DNA of 64,000 bases from Sphaerodactylus townsendi (taxonomy: Eukaryota). Positions 1-12,281 of this stretch are shown here, piece by piece (the first letter of the stretch is position 1; each line of letters opens with the position of its first letter). The stretch is from assembly GCF_021028975.2 (NCBI RefSeq), contig NW_025950341.1, positions 124,001 to 188,000 on the forward strand, written 5' to 3'. Under the pieces are notes generated by a model. It did no database searches. It was not told the DNA's origin and was given only the letters and a program-made list of their open reading frames with translations. The position numbers were made by a program, and so were the translations under genes.

Positions 1-82
1 ACTTAAATAAGAACAATAAAAGAGGTACACAAAACTAGATTATATTATAAGAAAGAGTTTTAAAATAATCATGAAAAAATTC

Positions 83-575
83 GCTTGAAAAACATGGATC
101 CTCATGATTTTTGCACTAAGTCATCCCAAAATCACCAGCACATCATAACTCCAGCCATTAGCCACATGTCTGAACACAACAACCACACATCCCAATCTTT
201 GTGGTGCTGCAGTGGTGCAAAAACCTGCTTGAAAACATGGATCCTCATGATTTTTCCACTTGGTCACCCAAAAATCACCTGCACATCACAGCTCATACCC
301 CTGAAACATACCCCTAGAAACAATAATCCTGCATCCCATGCTGGAACAAAAATGTACTTAAAACACACGGATCCTCATGGATCCTCCTTATTTTTGCACT
401 TGGTCACCCCAAAATCACCAGCACATTTCAGCTCATGCCTGTGACAGTGTGCCTGAACACAACAATCACACATTCCATGCTCTGTGGCATCGCAGTGGTG
501 CAAAAACCTGCTTGGAAAACATGGATCCTCACGGATCCTCATGATTTTTGCACTGTCACTCCAAAATCACCACCT
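83..575. repeat. Imperfect tandem repeat, ~140-145 bp unit, ~4 copies
   Basis: Core AACATGGATCCTCATGATTTTT..CAC..GTCAC.CCAAAATCACC recurs, with GGATCC at 96, 239, 369/379 and 523/533. Confidence 0.8.
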
Positions 576-981
576 CTCAGGGCAATGCCAGCTGAGCTAC
601 GGGTGGCAGAAGGGAGACAAGAGGTAGCTTGGGGTGGGGGGAGGGTGCAAGGAGTGGCTAGGGATGGGGAAAATGAAGCAGGGGAAGTAAAAGCCTCTGT
701 TAGGACCCAAAGGACACAGCAGACCTTTTGAGGTGGGTGGATGGAGAGGAAAGGTCTCTGCCAGGCCCCCAAGGACCCAGCTGGCCTTTGGGGATTAGTG
801 GGGAGAGAGGGAAAGTATCTGCTGGGGTCCCAATGGCCCGGCTGGCCTTTTGGTATGGGTAGGGGGAGAGGGAAGGTATCTGCTGGACCTTCAAGGACCC
901 AGGCCATGCCCCCCATCCCACTTTTGGAGGTTCCGCAGCTGTCTCAGCAAACCAGTGTGAACTGGCTGAATCCCACCACTG
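83..981. mobile_element. Terminal part of a non-autonomous hAT-like DNA transposon carrying the tandem repeat
   Basis: Ends in GAATCCCACCACTG (968-981; reverse complement CAGTGGTGGGATTC, a CAG-starting TIR). The same terminus occurs at 4879-4892. The left end is not seen. Confidence 0.45.
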
Positions 982-1914
982 ATGGAGATATTAGCAGAAT
1001 TCACCCTCTCCTCCTTTAGTGACAAAAGTGCTGTTCCACAAGTGTACCTGTGGTTCTTGCAGCAGAACAGCACCTTTGGATTGAATCTTTTGCTTTTTGG
1101 CTGACTTCAAAATCACTCAGATCAGTAATGACTTACAAAAATGTAACAGACTTCTATGATGCTACAGACATGTTTCATTTAGTACAGTGTGTCTACAGCA
1201 AAAATCACCCTCCTGAAGTTTGCTGTGTTTTTTTTTAAGTATGAACTGTAAAGTGAAATCCTACAATATTTATTATTTAAAGCATTCATCAACTATAAAT
1301 TTAAAATATTTTTACCAGGCATTTGCAACCTAGCATCTCAAGGTGGTTTTCAATCCATGAAAAAAAGTCCCAGATAACATCATAAAACTGAAAATTAAGC
1401 AACCTACAAAAGAATAAATCTTCAACAAGGAATATATCAGACATTTTTAAAAACTCTATAAAAACAACAATAAAACAAGCATGTAATATCACTGGCAAGA
1501 ATAAAAAGTGAACAGAGCCAGCAATTGCAAATATGCTTTTTCAAAAGTCTGAGTTTTTTTTCTTTCAAATCATCATGGTGGATCCTGCCAAGATGGTCAT
1601 GCAAGAAGTTTTTCCTATGAAAGGTATTATGTCAGGAAGAAAATATGGACAAACAGAATGAAATATTAGGAGTCAGTTTGCCTTCATCAAGCTTATTGTA
1701 TCCGCTCTCGTTTTATTGTCAGTCCAATAAATTGCTTTTCCCCAGTTTGATTAATTTTACAATAAGATGCATTGCCTGGAGCAATGCAGTACACTCCGCC
1801 CCCCAACCCCAACCCCCCCCCCCCTGCTTTGGCATTCTTTGGATGTATCACTGAAGCAGAAAGGTTCTGTTTGGTTTCATCATTCTCCTTTAGGCAGAAT
1901 TCTATAGCAAATTT

Positions 1915-2006
1915 ACAGTGGGATCCTAAAGAGAGTTACACCTTCACAAGTGCAATCACTTTAATAGATTTAAAAGGATATAGATCTATTTAGGATTGCA
2001 CTGTTA
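1915..2006. mobile_element. Old short palindromic MITE (Tc1/mariner-like)
   Basis: TACAGTGGGATCCTAAA ... TTTAGGATTGCACTGTTA inverted ends. Related decayed copies near 25320-25405 and 38450-38545. Confidence 0.4.
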
Positions 2007-2105
2007 AGGTCATACCATGCCATCTGCACATGTTTTTTCACCATTGTCAACCCAGCTATCCAGATATAGATTGGGACTTTCTTTTCTACAGTTTTGGGAC
2101 ACTTG

Positions 2106-2651
2106 GGCCCTTTCCACACAGGGCCAAAAACAGCGGCCCAGGGATGGAAAAACACCAGTCCCTGGAGAGCTGTTTGCACAGACAGCACTGCTGCAATGCA
2201 GGAGTGCTGTCCTGTGCAGCCCTGAGCAGTGTGAAGGTGCCGCTTTCCACCTCCCTTCTCGAGGGAGGTTTTTGGAAAGCATCGCCTTCCCATCGGAGCG
2301 GTGCGAACAGCCCCGTGCCAACGACGCCGCTTTCCCATTCCCCCTCACTCATCTTGTCCTCCAGCATTGATCGGGAGGGCTGCTGAGTCCTGTCCATGCT
2401 GCCCTCTGACCCCTGGAGGTCGGAGGGCAGCATGGGCGGGTCCCTGCAGACCTCCAGATCGATGCTGGAGGACAAGGTGAGTGGGGGGGATGCAGAAGAG
2501 GCGGCTCTGTCTGGAAGAGGCGGCTCTTCTGCGCCGGCCTCTGTAGGGGCCGCTCGCATGATCCCGTGCAAATGGGCCCCTCCCCTCCACTGGTGGGGAG
2601 GTGCACTTTCTGCCGGTGGAGAGGTGCCCTTTCCGCCATGCAGAAAGGGCC
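2106..2651. mobile_element. PIF/Harbinger-type MITE (long form)
   Basis: TIRs GGCCCTTTCCACAC / ATGCAGAAAGGGCC, 3-bp TSD TTG (2103-2105, 2652-2654), internal inverted repeats. Confidence 0.75.
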
Positions 2652-2992
2652 TTGGAGAGCTGTCTCAAGCAAATCTACCTTGAATCCCAATGAGGTTTAT
2701 ATAATGGGTTTTTTCCCCCAGGAAAGTGTTCTGAGGTTTTCATCATCAAACATCTTTCTGTTTGGTTATTTGATTATCCATGAAATTATAATTTTATATA
2801 AAGCTAGAAAACTGTTGTTACAGAAGAGCTATCAAAGCAATATTTTTCCACAATGTTCCAAGGAATCCTGGCATTCCTCACAAGTTTATAATGGCTTCTC
2901 CAGAAAGAAGATCAGTGGATTTAACAAGCTTTCCTAATGCACAGTTTGTCCATGAGTACAAAGTTTTACTGTACAACTGCAGGAGACACAGA

Positions 2993-3200
2993 TCCAACTT
3001 GATGTAATGGTTAGAATGCTAGAGTGTTGGATTAGAATCTAGAAGGCCCAGGTTCAAATGTCTTCTCTGCCATGTAAGTTGGGTGATCTATCTTGGACTA
3101 GTCACCTTCGCCCAATCTATCTAAAATCATAGAATTTTTGTAAGTGTAAACTGAGAGTAAGAACTCTATGCTGCCTCAAGTTCCTTGGAAAAAGGAGGAG
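2993..3200 (+). mobile_element. Decayed tRNA-derived SINE
   Basis: A-box-like TGATGTAATGGTTAG and B-box-like GGTTCAAATG, followed by a squamate SINE-like body. Confidence 0.5.
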
Positions 3201-3374
3201 ATGGGTAGGTCACAATTCATGCAAGCCAGTTACAGAATCTATTTGGCTCATGCCTAGCAGCTACAAAAGCCTGCCAAACTGGTTTGCATTCTGTTTTCCC
3301 CAAACTTCCTGCATGTAAAGACGCTGCCAATTCAAACTGAACAGTGGCTATTGCTACGGACTGCTAAGATAAAC

Positions 3375-3936
3375 TGTCAAAGGCTTTCACAGCTGGATTC
3401 AACTGGTTCTGGTGGGTTTTCCAGACTATGTGGCCGTGGTCTGGTGGATCTTGTTCCTAACGTTTCACCTGGATCTGTGTCTGGCATCTTCAGAGGTGTA
3501 TCACAGAGGGAAGTCTGTTACACACTGTGTCCAGTGAGAAGGGAATGTTTAGTGGGGTATATATTGTCCATGTCCCAGGGTGGGGAACCAATCAGTAAGT
3601 TTTGGGGTTGAACTCGTGCAAAGATATGGTTGATAGTATTGTATTGCGGGTGGGGCTTATCAGTCCAGGGAGTGGTTCACCTTTTCATGCCCTGCAGCAG
3701 CAGCAGTATTGGTGAATGCAACTCCTGTGTTTGGGTGGAGTCCATTGTTCATGAATTTAGCATGCCCTTGGGGTTTGCTTTTGGTGTTTTCAAGTACTGG
3801 TAGCCAAGCTTTGTTAATTCTCAGAGTCTCTTTTTTCCTGTTGAAGTTGTCTTGGTGTTTGTGAATTTCAATGGCCTCCCTGTACAGTCTGACAAAGTAA
3901 CCTTCTGAATGGTCCAGAGTTTCAGTATTCAATAAA
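3375..3936 (-). mobile_element. Penelope-like element, 5'-truncated (GIY-YIG C-terminus plus pseudo-LTR)
   Basis: ORF 3660..3932 reads LDHSEGYFVRLYREAIEIHKHQDNFNRKKETL, the PLE endonuclease C-terminal motif. The pLTR is related to copies at 22.5, 31.8 and 38.3 kb. Confidence 0.85.
3456..3496 (-). ncRNA. Minimal type I hammerhead ribozyme motif in Penelope pLTR
   Basis: Minus strand: CCT-CTGAAGA-T-GCC-loop-GGT-GAAA-C-GTT-AGG. Conserved core, GUU cleavage triplet, stem II with a G-U pair. Confidence 0.6.
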
Positions 3937-6900
3937 ACATGATGCCCGTGCCCAAAAAGCCCATTACACTGTACTGCATGATTAGTAAGAGATACAGCGG
4001 AATATCAAACAGAAAAATCAGATATCTGTTTGCAACCAGCATACATGACATATCCTGAACTGGGAAGTGTTCAAGCATTCCCATGACAGACATACGTAGT
4101 TCCTCTGCCATCTCAACAGTGTGGAAAGGGTTGCTTGTAGGAATCAAGTTTGTGAATCAGCACACCAGAGACAATTTTGACATACTTTCAGACTGTAGAA
4201 AAGCCTCCAGTAATCTTAGAATATTCATAACAGTCATTGCAGACTTTCAGATTTTAAAGAAGTGGTCCTACTTGTGCCCATTCTTCACTGTAAAGAGGGT
4301 GACAGGCAATAGTGTTTAGTGCTATAAATCACAAGCATTATACATTCTCATCTCTAAAGCATGTAGCTTCTAGATAACTATTTAATCTTCTTCTTTTAAT
4401 GCTTGAAAATGTGACAGTTCCCCCTAAGACACCAAAATCTGTCTGCCATTACTTTAAAAAAATTCAAAAGTAGCCCATGATTATGTGTTGTGAATTCTAT
4501 TTCTGAGTACTCAGCTTGTTCTGTGACTAATGTACTGGAAAACACATGGAAGTCTGAAATATTAAATAACTTGCTGAATGTGTGGATTATGGAAAAAGCT
4601 GAAATGAAAGTTCTCAAGAAGGATTTCAAACTGTTCTACCATTAAAAATAGAGTTTAGAAGGCTATTAAGGAAAATCTACAAGGCAAAAAGTTTTTCCTC
4701 TTATTCTTTCTGAATAAGCACAATTAGAACAATTCTCTGAATTCCTTTTACCCCATTTCTCTGAGGTTCACTTGTCCAGCTAGTGATGTGCCAGTCTAAG
4801 ACCAGCCATATGAGAAACAGGGCTACATTGCATCTTTGGGATTGAATCCCACCACCAGAACTGGTTGTTAAATTATTTGAATCCCACCACTGGCTAAAAG
4901 GATTTGTGGTGAGTGATTTGGGGACATGCCCTGTTTGGGAACTATGAGGTTTACCTTCACCTTGAGTAGCAAGGGAGCCCCTGAATGGCTGGGCCCTACA
5001 TGGAACCCATCTAATTGTAATCCTGAATGTTCTCCCACTGGGTCCAGCTAGGTGGCTGGTACAAGGCAGAGGGGTGATATTAGCCAACATACTCCCTTCA
5101 GATGATAGGGTGATCACCTGATAACTGGATCCATGCCCCATGCAGGGCCAAGGCTCTGACAGATAAAAGTTGTGGCCAGCTCTCCAGCCAAGGTATGGTT
5201 ACTCTGGTGGCTGTGGATCTGCCTCCCCATTCCTTCCTCCCCGCTTTAAAAGTTGTGGCCAGTTCTCTCCAGCAAAGGTGTCTCTATGGTTGGACTGTGT
5301 GGTTATGGCTCTACCTCTCTGTTCCTCCCTCCACCTTAATTGCTGAGCCCACAGATGTATTGCTGCTATAAGTGACTACATTTTAGATAAACCATACTTC
5401 TGTGAAACAGCTTGAAGTGTGCAATGCATGAACTTCATATCAGGTGATGTTATTGCACGCCATGGCAGGATTCTCTCTGAAAACTCTCCATATGTTAATA
5501 TTTTGTAGTGCTTTCTGGGGACAGAGAAGATATTTCTTTTGACCTATCATCTTTTCCACTGGTATTGTTGATACTTCTTGGACCAAATTGTGATGCATCA
5601 GTGCTTTTATTAAAAAAAATCCGACAGCTTTCTTCCTATCTTTCTACCCAGTTAGCAGTAGAGTGAACCAAATTGTTTATTTGGCATTCTGAACCAACTA
5701 ACCATGATAAATATACTCATCTATTTACTGTTAGCTATCCTCTACTAGCCCTGATGCACTTGCTAATGAGAGATGTGTTGTCCTGAAGTAGGGTTGTCAA
5801 CTGACTGCAAAAAAGTTCATCAGTGCTTTTAACAGCAGCTCTAGTTAGTGAAGCTTTTTTGCTGGTATAGGTAAGATGCAATCACTAGCTGATGTTGGCA
5901 GAACACGTCATTGTTGGGGATTGGAACAGAAGCTGGTAAAAAAGTTGGCAGTTCTATTCTGTGGTCTGGACTGCCCATGCACTGGCCTGAGATAGTGATG
6001 ACTAGTGAAGTGGTGAGGCTGTGGAATGGACTGTACCCCTTCAGGCTGCTGGAGGGGAATTACATTTCTCTGTCTGATTCTACATTAATAATTCTGTGTA
6101 ACTGGAAAACCAGCACAGCACAGAAAGAGCTCTGCTAGAGCCTTTTCCCCAGATGTGTTACAGATTTATTTGCTGGATGTCCTTACATGGGCACAATGTG
6201 TGGTTTCCTATCTGCAGTTTGAAATGGTACCACTCATTCTACCACCTCACGCTGCTGCATGTGTAGACCAGACCTTAGCTGAACTAGAAGAAAACTGAAA
6301 GCAGCCTGCGTCTGTCTGCTGAATCAGTACACGAGGAACGGTAGAGCTGTCACAAAGCAACCACAAAGCAGCTAAAACACATCCAATAGGTTCAAGGTTG
6401 TGATACATATGAAGGCCAATTACCATCCTCCAGATGTGATCTAGTGTCCTCCCAGAATTACAACTGACCTCCAGACTTCTGTTCCACTGAAGGAAATGGC
6501 AGTTTCAGAGGGAGGTATATCTTTGCCAGTTAGGCAGAAAAATGGCTTGTCCACTCGTGCTTGAGGACTGAGTGAGAATTTGAAGTCAAGTGAGTTTTTG
6601 TCCAAGTTCATGTTGATATTGTTTCTGAAAGGAAGACAGCTATGTGACTCTCCCTCATGCTGCTTAAGGCACTTATTTAAAGTGCATCCACACTACAAGG
6701 TGTAAAAAAAAAATCAGCGCAACCGGCACAAGAGAGAGATAAAGATCCATTTTCTGCAGTAGTAATCTAAGTGCTAGATACTGAAAGGATCCCCTGCAGA
6801 GCCATAAGCCAGTGATTTTTATATCTTTTTGGGTTTTGTTTTGGCTTCATGAGGACAGCCAGTCATGGATATTACACTTTCTGAAATGTCAGAATTTGAG

Positions 6901-7178
6901 ATGATTTAGCTCAGACTGACAAAACTGATAGATAAACAGATAATCCCTCTCAACAGAAATGCTCTGTATAATTGCACATCCTGTTTTTTAAAAAAAAATG
7001 CTGGGAAAATGCCTGGTTAGGATTGGAAAAAATATGGTTTTATTTTTTAAAAAATATTTGTTTCTGTTGATTAAAACTACATGGATGACATATGAGATGA
7101 TATTTCAGAATTGTATTAGTTTTCACAAAGCACTTTTATTTCCCTCAAAATTCTTATTCCCTGACCAGAATCCTTTAA

Positions 7179-7181
<3 letters not shown>

Positions 7182-7219
<38 letters not shown>
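7182..7219. repeat. (CT)n microsatellite
   Basis: Uninterrupted CT dinucleotide run. Confidence 0.95.
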
Positions 7220-7225
<6 letters not shown>

Positions 7226-7226
7226 T

Positions 7227-7416
7227 TAGGGTTGCCAAGCTCCAGGCGGGATATGGAGATCTCCTGGTATTGTAATTGATCTCCAGTCAACAGAGATCAG
7301 CTACCTTGGAGGAAATTGCAGCTATGGAGTATGGACTCTCTGGCATTGTACCTCACTGAGATCCCTGTCAACCCCTCAAAACCCAGGAATTTTCCAACCT
7401 GAAGTTATCAACCCTA
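7227..7416 (+). mobile_element. hAT-type MITE (TAGGGTTGCCA termini)
   Basis: TAGGGTTGCCAA ... TTATCAACCCTA with degenerate 8-bp TSD CCATTTAT/CCACTTTT. Relatives at ~6420-6500, 21703-21900, 26837-27023 and 55920-56249. Confidence 0.65.
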
Positions 7417-8963
7417 CCACTTTTCTACACATCTAAGAGGGTTCAGGAATGAAATCTCTTCTCTCAGGGCAGAATTGTTCAAAAGTGATTTGTGTTGCAA
7501 GCACCAACAGCTAGACAGGCTATTCTGTCATTCTCCTCCTCAAGGCATAAATCTGAGGGATCCAATTGAAAGTAAACAAGTAAATTAAGGTTATAGTTCA
7601 CACAGTATTTAGAGTTACCAAGCTACCACTGGTGGTGGTGGGATCCCCTACTGTCAGTGGGTGTTTCCAGCTGCTATTCAGCTGACTAGTGGGAGGAAAT
7701 GGTGGCAAATTGGCAGTATCCAGTCACACTGATATTGTTCCCCTTGTATTCAGAAGTGATGCTACTGACCTCTGAACTTTTCATAGAATGGATTTGATGT
7801 CTCTTCCAAAGCACACATCTGACTTCTTTCACAGGCTATTGCTGGGGGTCCCTTATCTCCAGAAGAAATATTTCAGGGAGAATTTTGTGGTGTAGTAGGA
7901 GCAGGGAAGTGAGGAAGCTTTGCTCCACAGACAGAAGTCCCTCTCGTCTGAAGAGTTTATTGGTGCAGCCAAGGCTGCCATTTTGGTACTACAACTTCAG
8001 TTATGAAAAAGTTGGACTATAATATTTACTGATGCAAAGGGGAAAAGGGAGCAAACTGCAAACTCACAATAAAAATAATATTTGCCATAAAAATAACAAA
8101 ATAACACCATGACTTTTAGTAAAGGCAAATATAATACTACTGTGGAAAGCAAGATATAATAATATACAAGAATAGACAGCAGTGAGTGGATGTTTTTTAT
8201 ACTTCTGAACAGAAGAATATGAAAGGGAAGGGTTCATTACTATTTTGACCAACAATGCATTAGATTCAGCCTGGTGACTGGGTTGGAGAGGAGCAAGTGA
8301 CCTCACAGATTTCCATATGCCCCTTGCTGCTGTGTAGAAAATCACTCTCAAGCAGAGAAGGGGCAAAAGAAAATTAAACTGCAGTGCAATCAAAATATAT
8401 ACAAATATAGCAAATCATTTCTATGCCATAAATCCATGTCATACATAGCACCTTACAATCAAACCATATAAACAAGTTGCATATATAAGGTTGGTGAACA
8501 AGCACCATCCAAATGCTACAAGCTGCCAAGATGTAATCCAACAGGTGAAATCTCTATGCACACTGGAAAGGCACAGAATCTCTATGTGTGCACTTGAGGT
8601 ACAATACTAAGTTCCCTCTGCAACGTCTCAGTAGATTTAAAGACAAAATACAGTCCAAGCAAAGTTCCATAGGATCAGAGCCATAAAAGTTCACAAGCGT
8701 TAAGTCCAAAATGGGCTTCCACAGTAAAAGATCCCCATTTTCAACAAATGCCTTTTTCAGTGGAATAGTATATCAGAAAAAATATATTGAACATGCCACA
8801 ATTTAATCTTGGGATATAACTGTAATAATAAAATCATGGAGTATCAAATATTATTTAAGTATTCAATATATGTACACAATGAGTATTTAAAACATAAAAA
8901 ATAAGCATTGTAAAGTCACATACAGCAACAAGTAGCTTGAAATAAGCATCCCAAACTATCTAT

Positions 8964-9104
8964 GGCCCCTTCCGCACACACAAAATAATGCATTTTCAAA
9001 CCACTTTCACAACTGTTTGCAAGTGGATTTTGCCATTCTGCACAGCTTCAAAGAGCACTGAAAGCAGTTTGAAAGTGCATTATTCTGCATGTGCGGAATG
9101 AGCC
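8964..9104. mobile_element. PIF/Harbinger-type MITE, 141 bp
   Basis: TIRs GGCCCCTTCCGCAC / GTGCGGAATGAGCC, TSD TAT. Near-identical to 56002-56142. Confidence 0.85.
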
Positions 9105-9858
9105 TATGTCATATGCTTAGCTGTGGAGTAGTTACAAACTAAGCATGGAAGTGTTAAAAAGACTGTAATGAGTTGAAGGTGCATGGTGTCTAAAAGTACA
9201 TGCAATAATACTCATTATTCTTATTTTTAAAGGTGATGCGACTCGTGAGCAAGAACAGAGTGAAATGTACAGAACTCCATCAGTTTCCAAATGGACACAG
9301 AAATAAAGAGCATTATAGAAAACATGATAAATCCATGTCATTATTGAGCCCCCATTTTATTTCCCCCAACCTTTTTTAAAAAAATGCTAAACAAGCAATC
9401 CTTTTGAAAAATCCTGGGCTGGAGTCACTCCTGAGTGAATCGCTAGGCAGGAGGCGCTTTATTTCCCTCCCTTCCACCCTGTTCTCCACTGTCAGGGAGA
9501 AGCTGCCTGCCATTGCCTACCCATTGCAGGGAGGCCCCTTTTCCTTTTGTTTTAAATTTTGTGGCTAGCATCTGAGTAGCTATGCAGCCAGTCATATTGT
9601 GAGGTATTGGTATGGCTGTGGGGGTTCATTACTGCAGGCTTGCATAACTATGCATGTGTGGCAAGTAAATAAAAAGAAGAAGCATCTCCATGCGAAGGCA
9701 CGACAGCAACCCAGATTGTTTCCTTGGTCTCCAATCACTGCCTGCATGGAATGCATGTGGATGGGAAAACAGAAAAATGGATTCCTTTATCACAACTGCA
9801 ACCCATTATACATTTGCTGTGTGGTAAGGGGCCACAGATTTCTAGCCATAAGATGGGG

Positions 9859-9999
9859 CAGGGATGTCAAACTCGCAGCCCTCCAGATGTTCATGAACTA
9901 CAATTCCCATCAGTCCCTCCCAACATGAGCATTGGCTATATTGGCAAGGGCTGATGGGAATTGTAGTTCATGAACATCTGGAGGGCCGCGAGTTTGACA
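9859..9999. mobile_element. Palindromic hAT-Charlie (URR1-like) MITE
   Basis: 49-bp arms 9865-9913 and 9951-9999 with one mismatch, containing AACTACAATTCCCATCAG / CTGATGGGAATTGTAGTT. Starts CAGGGATGTCAAAC. Confidence 0.75.
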
Positions 10000-10358
10000 G
10001 GAGGTGGGAGGAGGTAAAAGAAGCAAAAATGAGGGAAGAAGCAATAAAAATAAGTTGAGATTGTGAAAGGCCCTTCACATTCAACAGTCTTGAAGAACCT
10101 TAACCTTTTTGTGATCAATCAATAGCTTATTCAGATGATGAACTAATTTTTTTCTCCAAAAACTGAAATTTGGCAGGGTTCCATTTATTATCAACTGTCT
10201 GGATTTTTGTGTTTTTGATTGCCATTTGTGGGGTACCAAAGAACATTTCTGTTTCAGATTCTAAGTTATCCTATCCTTCACCTGTACATTTTTATTCCTG
10301 GTTTCACCTTTGGAGGAGCTATTGTTTTTGTATTAGAAGCATTATAGGATGAGCACTG

Positions 10359-11390
10359 GGAGCTTCCGGTGGAGAGCGAACGGGACAACACGCGTTTGCC
10401 TCAGGCGCGGTAAATCCTTGCTATTCTCTTCTTTTACTGTTAATAGCCCACGAAATATACCTTCCTCTGAAGGGGGGCTTTAACAGTGATAAAAGACCGT
10501 AGAATGGGAGCTGCGACAGACCTCCTGAACGAACTGTGAGGGGGGAAAGAACCGGCTTCTATCGCGGCCATCATTGGGAGATAGCAAGGGAGAAGAAGAA
10601 ACCCATCCCTCCACTGTACCTTTCGTCTTACTGACCTTCAGAAGAAACACGTTAGACTCTACTTGATTCAAATTCAACATTTGCAAGAGAGGCAACGAGG
10701 TCAGAGACGCAAGGCATCTTCCAAACAAACGGAAAGAAACTTTATAACTTTGAAAACCTACCGAAAAGAGGCTTCACAGGACGATCCGAGGGCGGGGCGG
10801 AGAGAACAAGAGACGAAGGAAAGGGACCGCCGAGGGTAAGGTCCGACTTCGCGTCCCGCTTGAAAAGGAAAATAAAATTTTTTGAATTCTTAGGGGGACT
10901 GTCCGGCAGTGGAAAGTATAATATCCCCATTATTGAACTAGCCTTTCTAGAAATAGACTCTACCACTTTAAAACTAACCAGATATCAAAATTACGAGCCA
11001 CAAGCACTTCCGGCTGCGGAGAGGAAGACGACTGATAGAAAGAATAACTCCTAGATAGTCAGGAAGTGCGAGATGAGAGTGTGAAGGAAAACTACGGAGC
11101 GGGCCTGTGTGAAGAACATTGACTGGTGAGCCTGCAACTTTACCAAACGGAAAACAATAGTTGATTTAAGAATAATACTTTAAAGTTTTGTTGCAGACAA
11201 AGGAATTGTCTAGAAGGAATTTTTCCTTTCTTTTCTTTCTTTACTTGAACGAATACTTGCCAAAAGGACTGTAGAACTTTAAGCTTGGCTATTAGTGATT
11301 TAACGCAAGACTTAATTTTAAACGTCTGAACTGGACTAATTTTGGTTGTTTTGTTTTAATAAAAGGATAATCATACTAATTAATTTTTTA
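10359..11390 (+). promoter_or_regulatory. L1 5'UTR / putative internal Pol II promoter
   Basis: CpG-rich against CpG-poor flanks. ETS-like CTTCCGG near 10363 and 11007, GC box GGGCGGGGCGG near 10790. Promoter function is inferred from L1 biology. Confidence 0.65.
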
Positions 11391-12281
11391 ATGGCCACAA
11401 GAAAGACGAAAACGAATGGCAATGGATTAATAGCCATAGAAACAAAAACACCAGAGAAGACATCTACAGATCCCAAAATGGAACATCTTATAGACTTAAT
11501 AACAACTTTTCAAAAAGACACGAAGGAAAAACTAGACAAGCTTGATATTGATGCGCAAAAAAGATTTAATAAATTAGACAAAGATACCAAGGACAGATTT
11601 AATAAAATTGACATGGAACTCCAAGATATGAAAATAGAAATTAATCAGATTAAACAAATGGAGAGTTCCATAGGTCAAATCGAAGAGACTCTTAAAAATA
11701 ATCAAGACCAACTAGAGGTAATGAATAATAAATATGAGATCCTCCAGAAACAAGTAGAGGGATATCAAAATACCATTGTATTAATGGACTTAAAACAAAA
11801 AGAAAAAACATTACGTATAAGAGGACTCAAGGAGGAAAAGGGAGAAGATCTATCCCTCAAACTAGCACCTATCCTGGCTGAAATTTGGAAAATGGAAGAA
11901 AAAAAAACTTATAAGGAATACGACCGTCTGTATAGAATTAACTCAAGATATGCCAGCAACAACAGACTACCTAGAGACGTGATAATAAATTGCGTAAGAA
12001 AATCTATGAGGGACGAAATACTCCACTTCCATTCCAAAAACCAATTAAGATATGAGGGACAAAATTTGACAGTGCTAAAAGAAGTTCCAAGTCACATCTT
12101 ACGAAAAAGGAAAGACTACCAATTTCTGGTGGAAATATTGAGGAAAAACCAAATTATATTTAGATGGGAACTACTAGATGGTCTATCCTTTACTTTTCAG
12201 GAGACAAGAGTCCTCATAAACTCAGTGGAGAAAGCGCAGAGTTTTTTGGCAACTCACAAAGCTAACCTATTATGTAACTAA
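11391..12281 (+). CDS. ORF1: L1 ORF1p RNA-binding chaperone (coiled coil, RRM, CTD), 296 aa
   Basis: First ATG at 11391. Coiled coil, then KTLRIRGLKE and YRI..LPRDVII (L1 ORF1 RRM-like motifs), then CTD LRYEGQNLTVLKEV..LRKRKDY. Confidence 0.93.
   Translation: MATRKTKTNGNGLIAIETKTPEKTSTDPKMEHLIDLITTFQKDTKEKLDKLDIDAQKRFNKLDKDTKDRFNKIDMELQDMKIEINQIKQMESSIGQIEETLKNNQDQLEVMNNKYEILQKQVEGYQNTIVLMDLKQKEKTLRIRGLKEEKGEDLSLKLAPILAEIWKMEEKKTYKEYDRLYRINSRYASNNRLPRDVIINCVRKSMRDEILHFHSKNQLRYEGQNLTVLKEVPSHILRKRKDYQFLVEILRKNQIIFRWELLDGLSFTFQETRVLINSVEKAQSFLATHKANLLCN

Noticed and set aside
83-575. CRISPR-like periodic repeats (also the LTR 63-mers and Helitron arrays)
   Set aside because: Units are homologous along their whole length with no unique spacers, there are no cas genes, and the DNA is vertebrate.
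10480-11054. ORF0-like antisense or upstream ORFs in the L1 5'UTR
   Set aside because: Mostly non-ATG starts, no recognisable motifs, and lengths expected by chance in purine-skewed sequence.
11346-11390. ORF-track start of L1 ORF1 at a TTG (311 aa)
   Set aside because: In a eukaryotic context the first ATG is at 11391, with a good context (A at -3 is absent but G at +4 is present) and a typical basic ORF1p N-terminus (MATRKTK).
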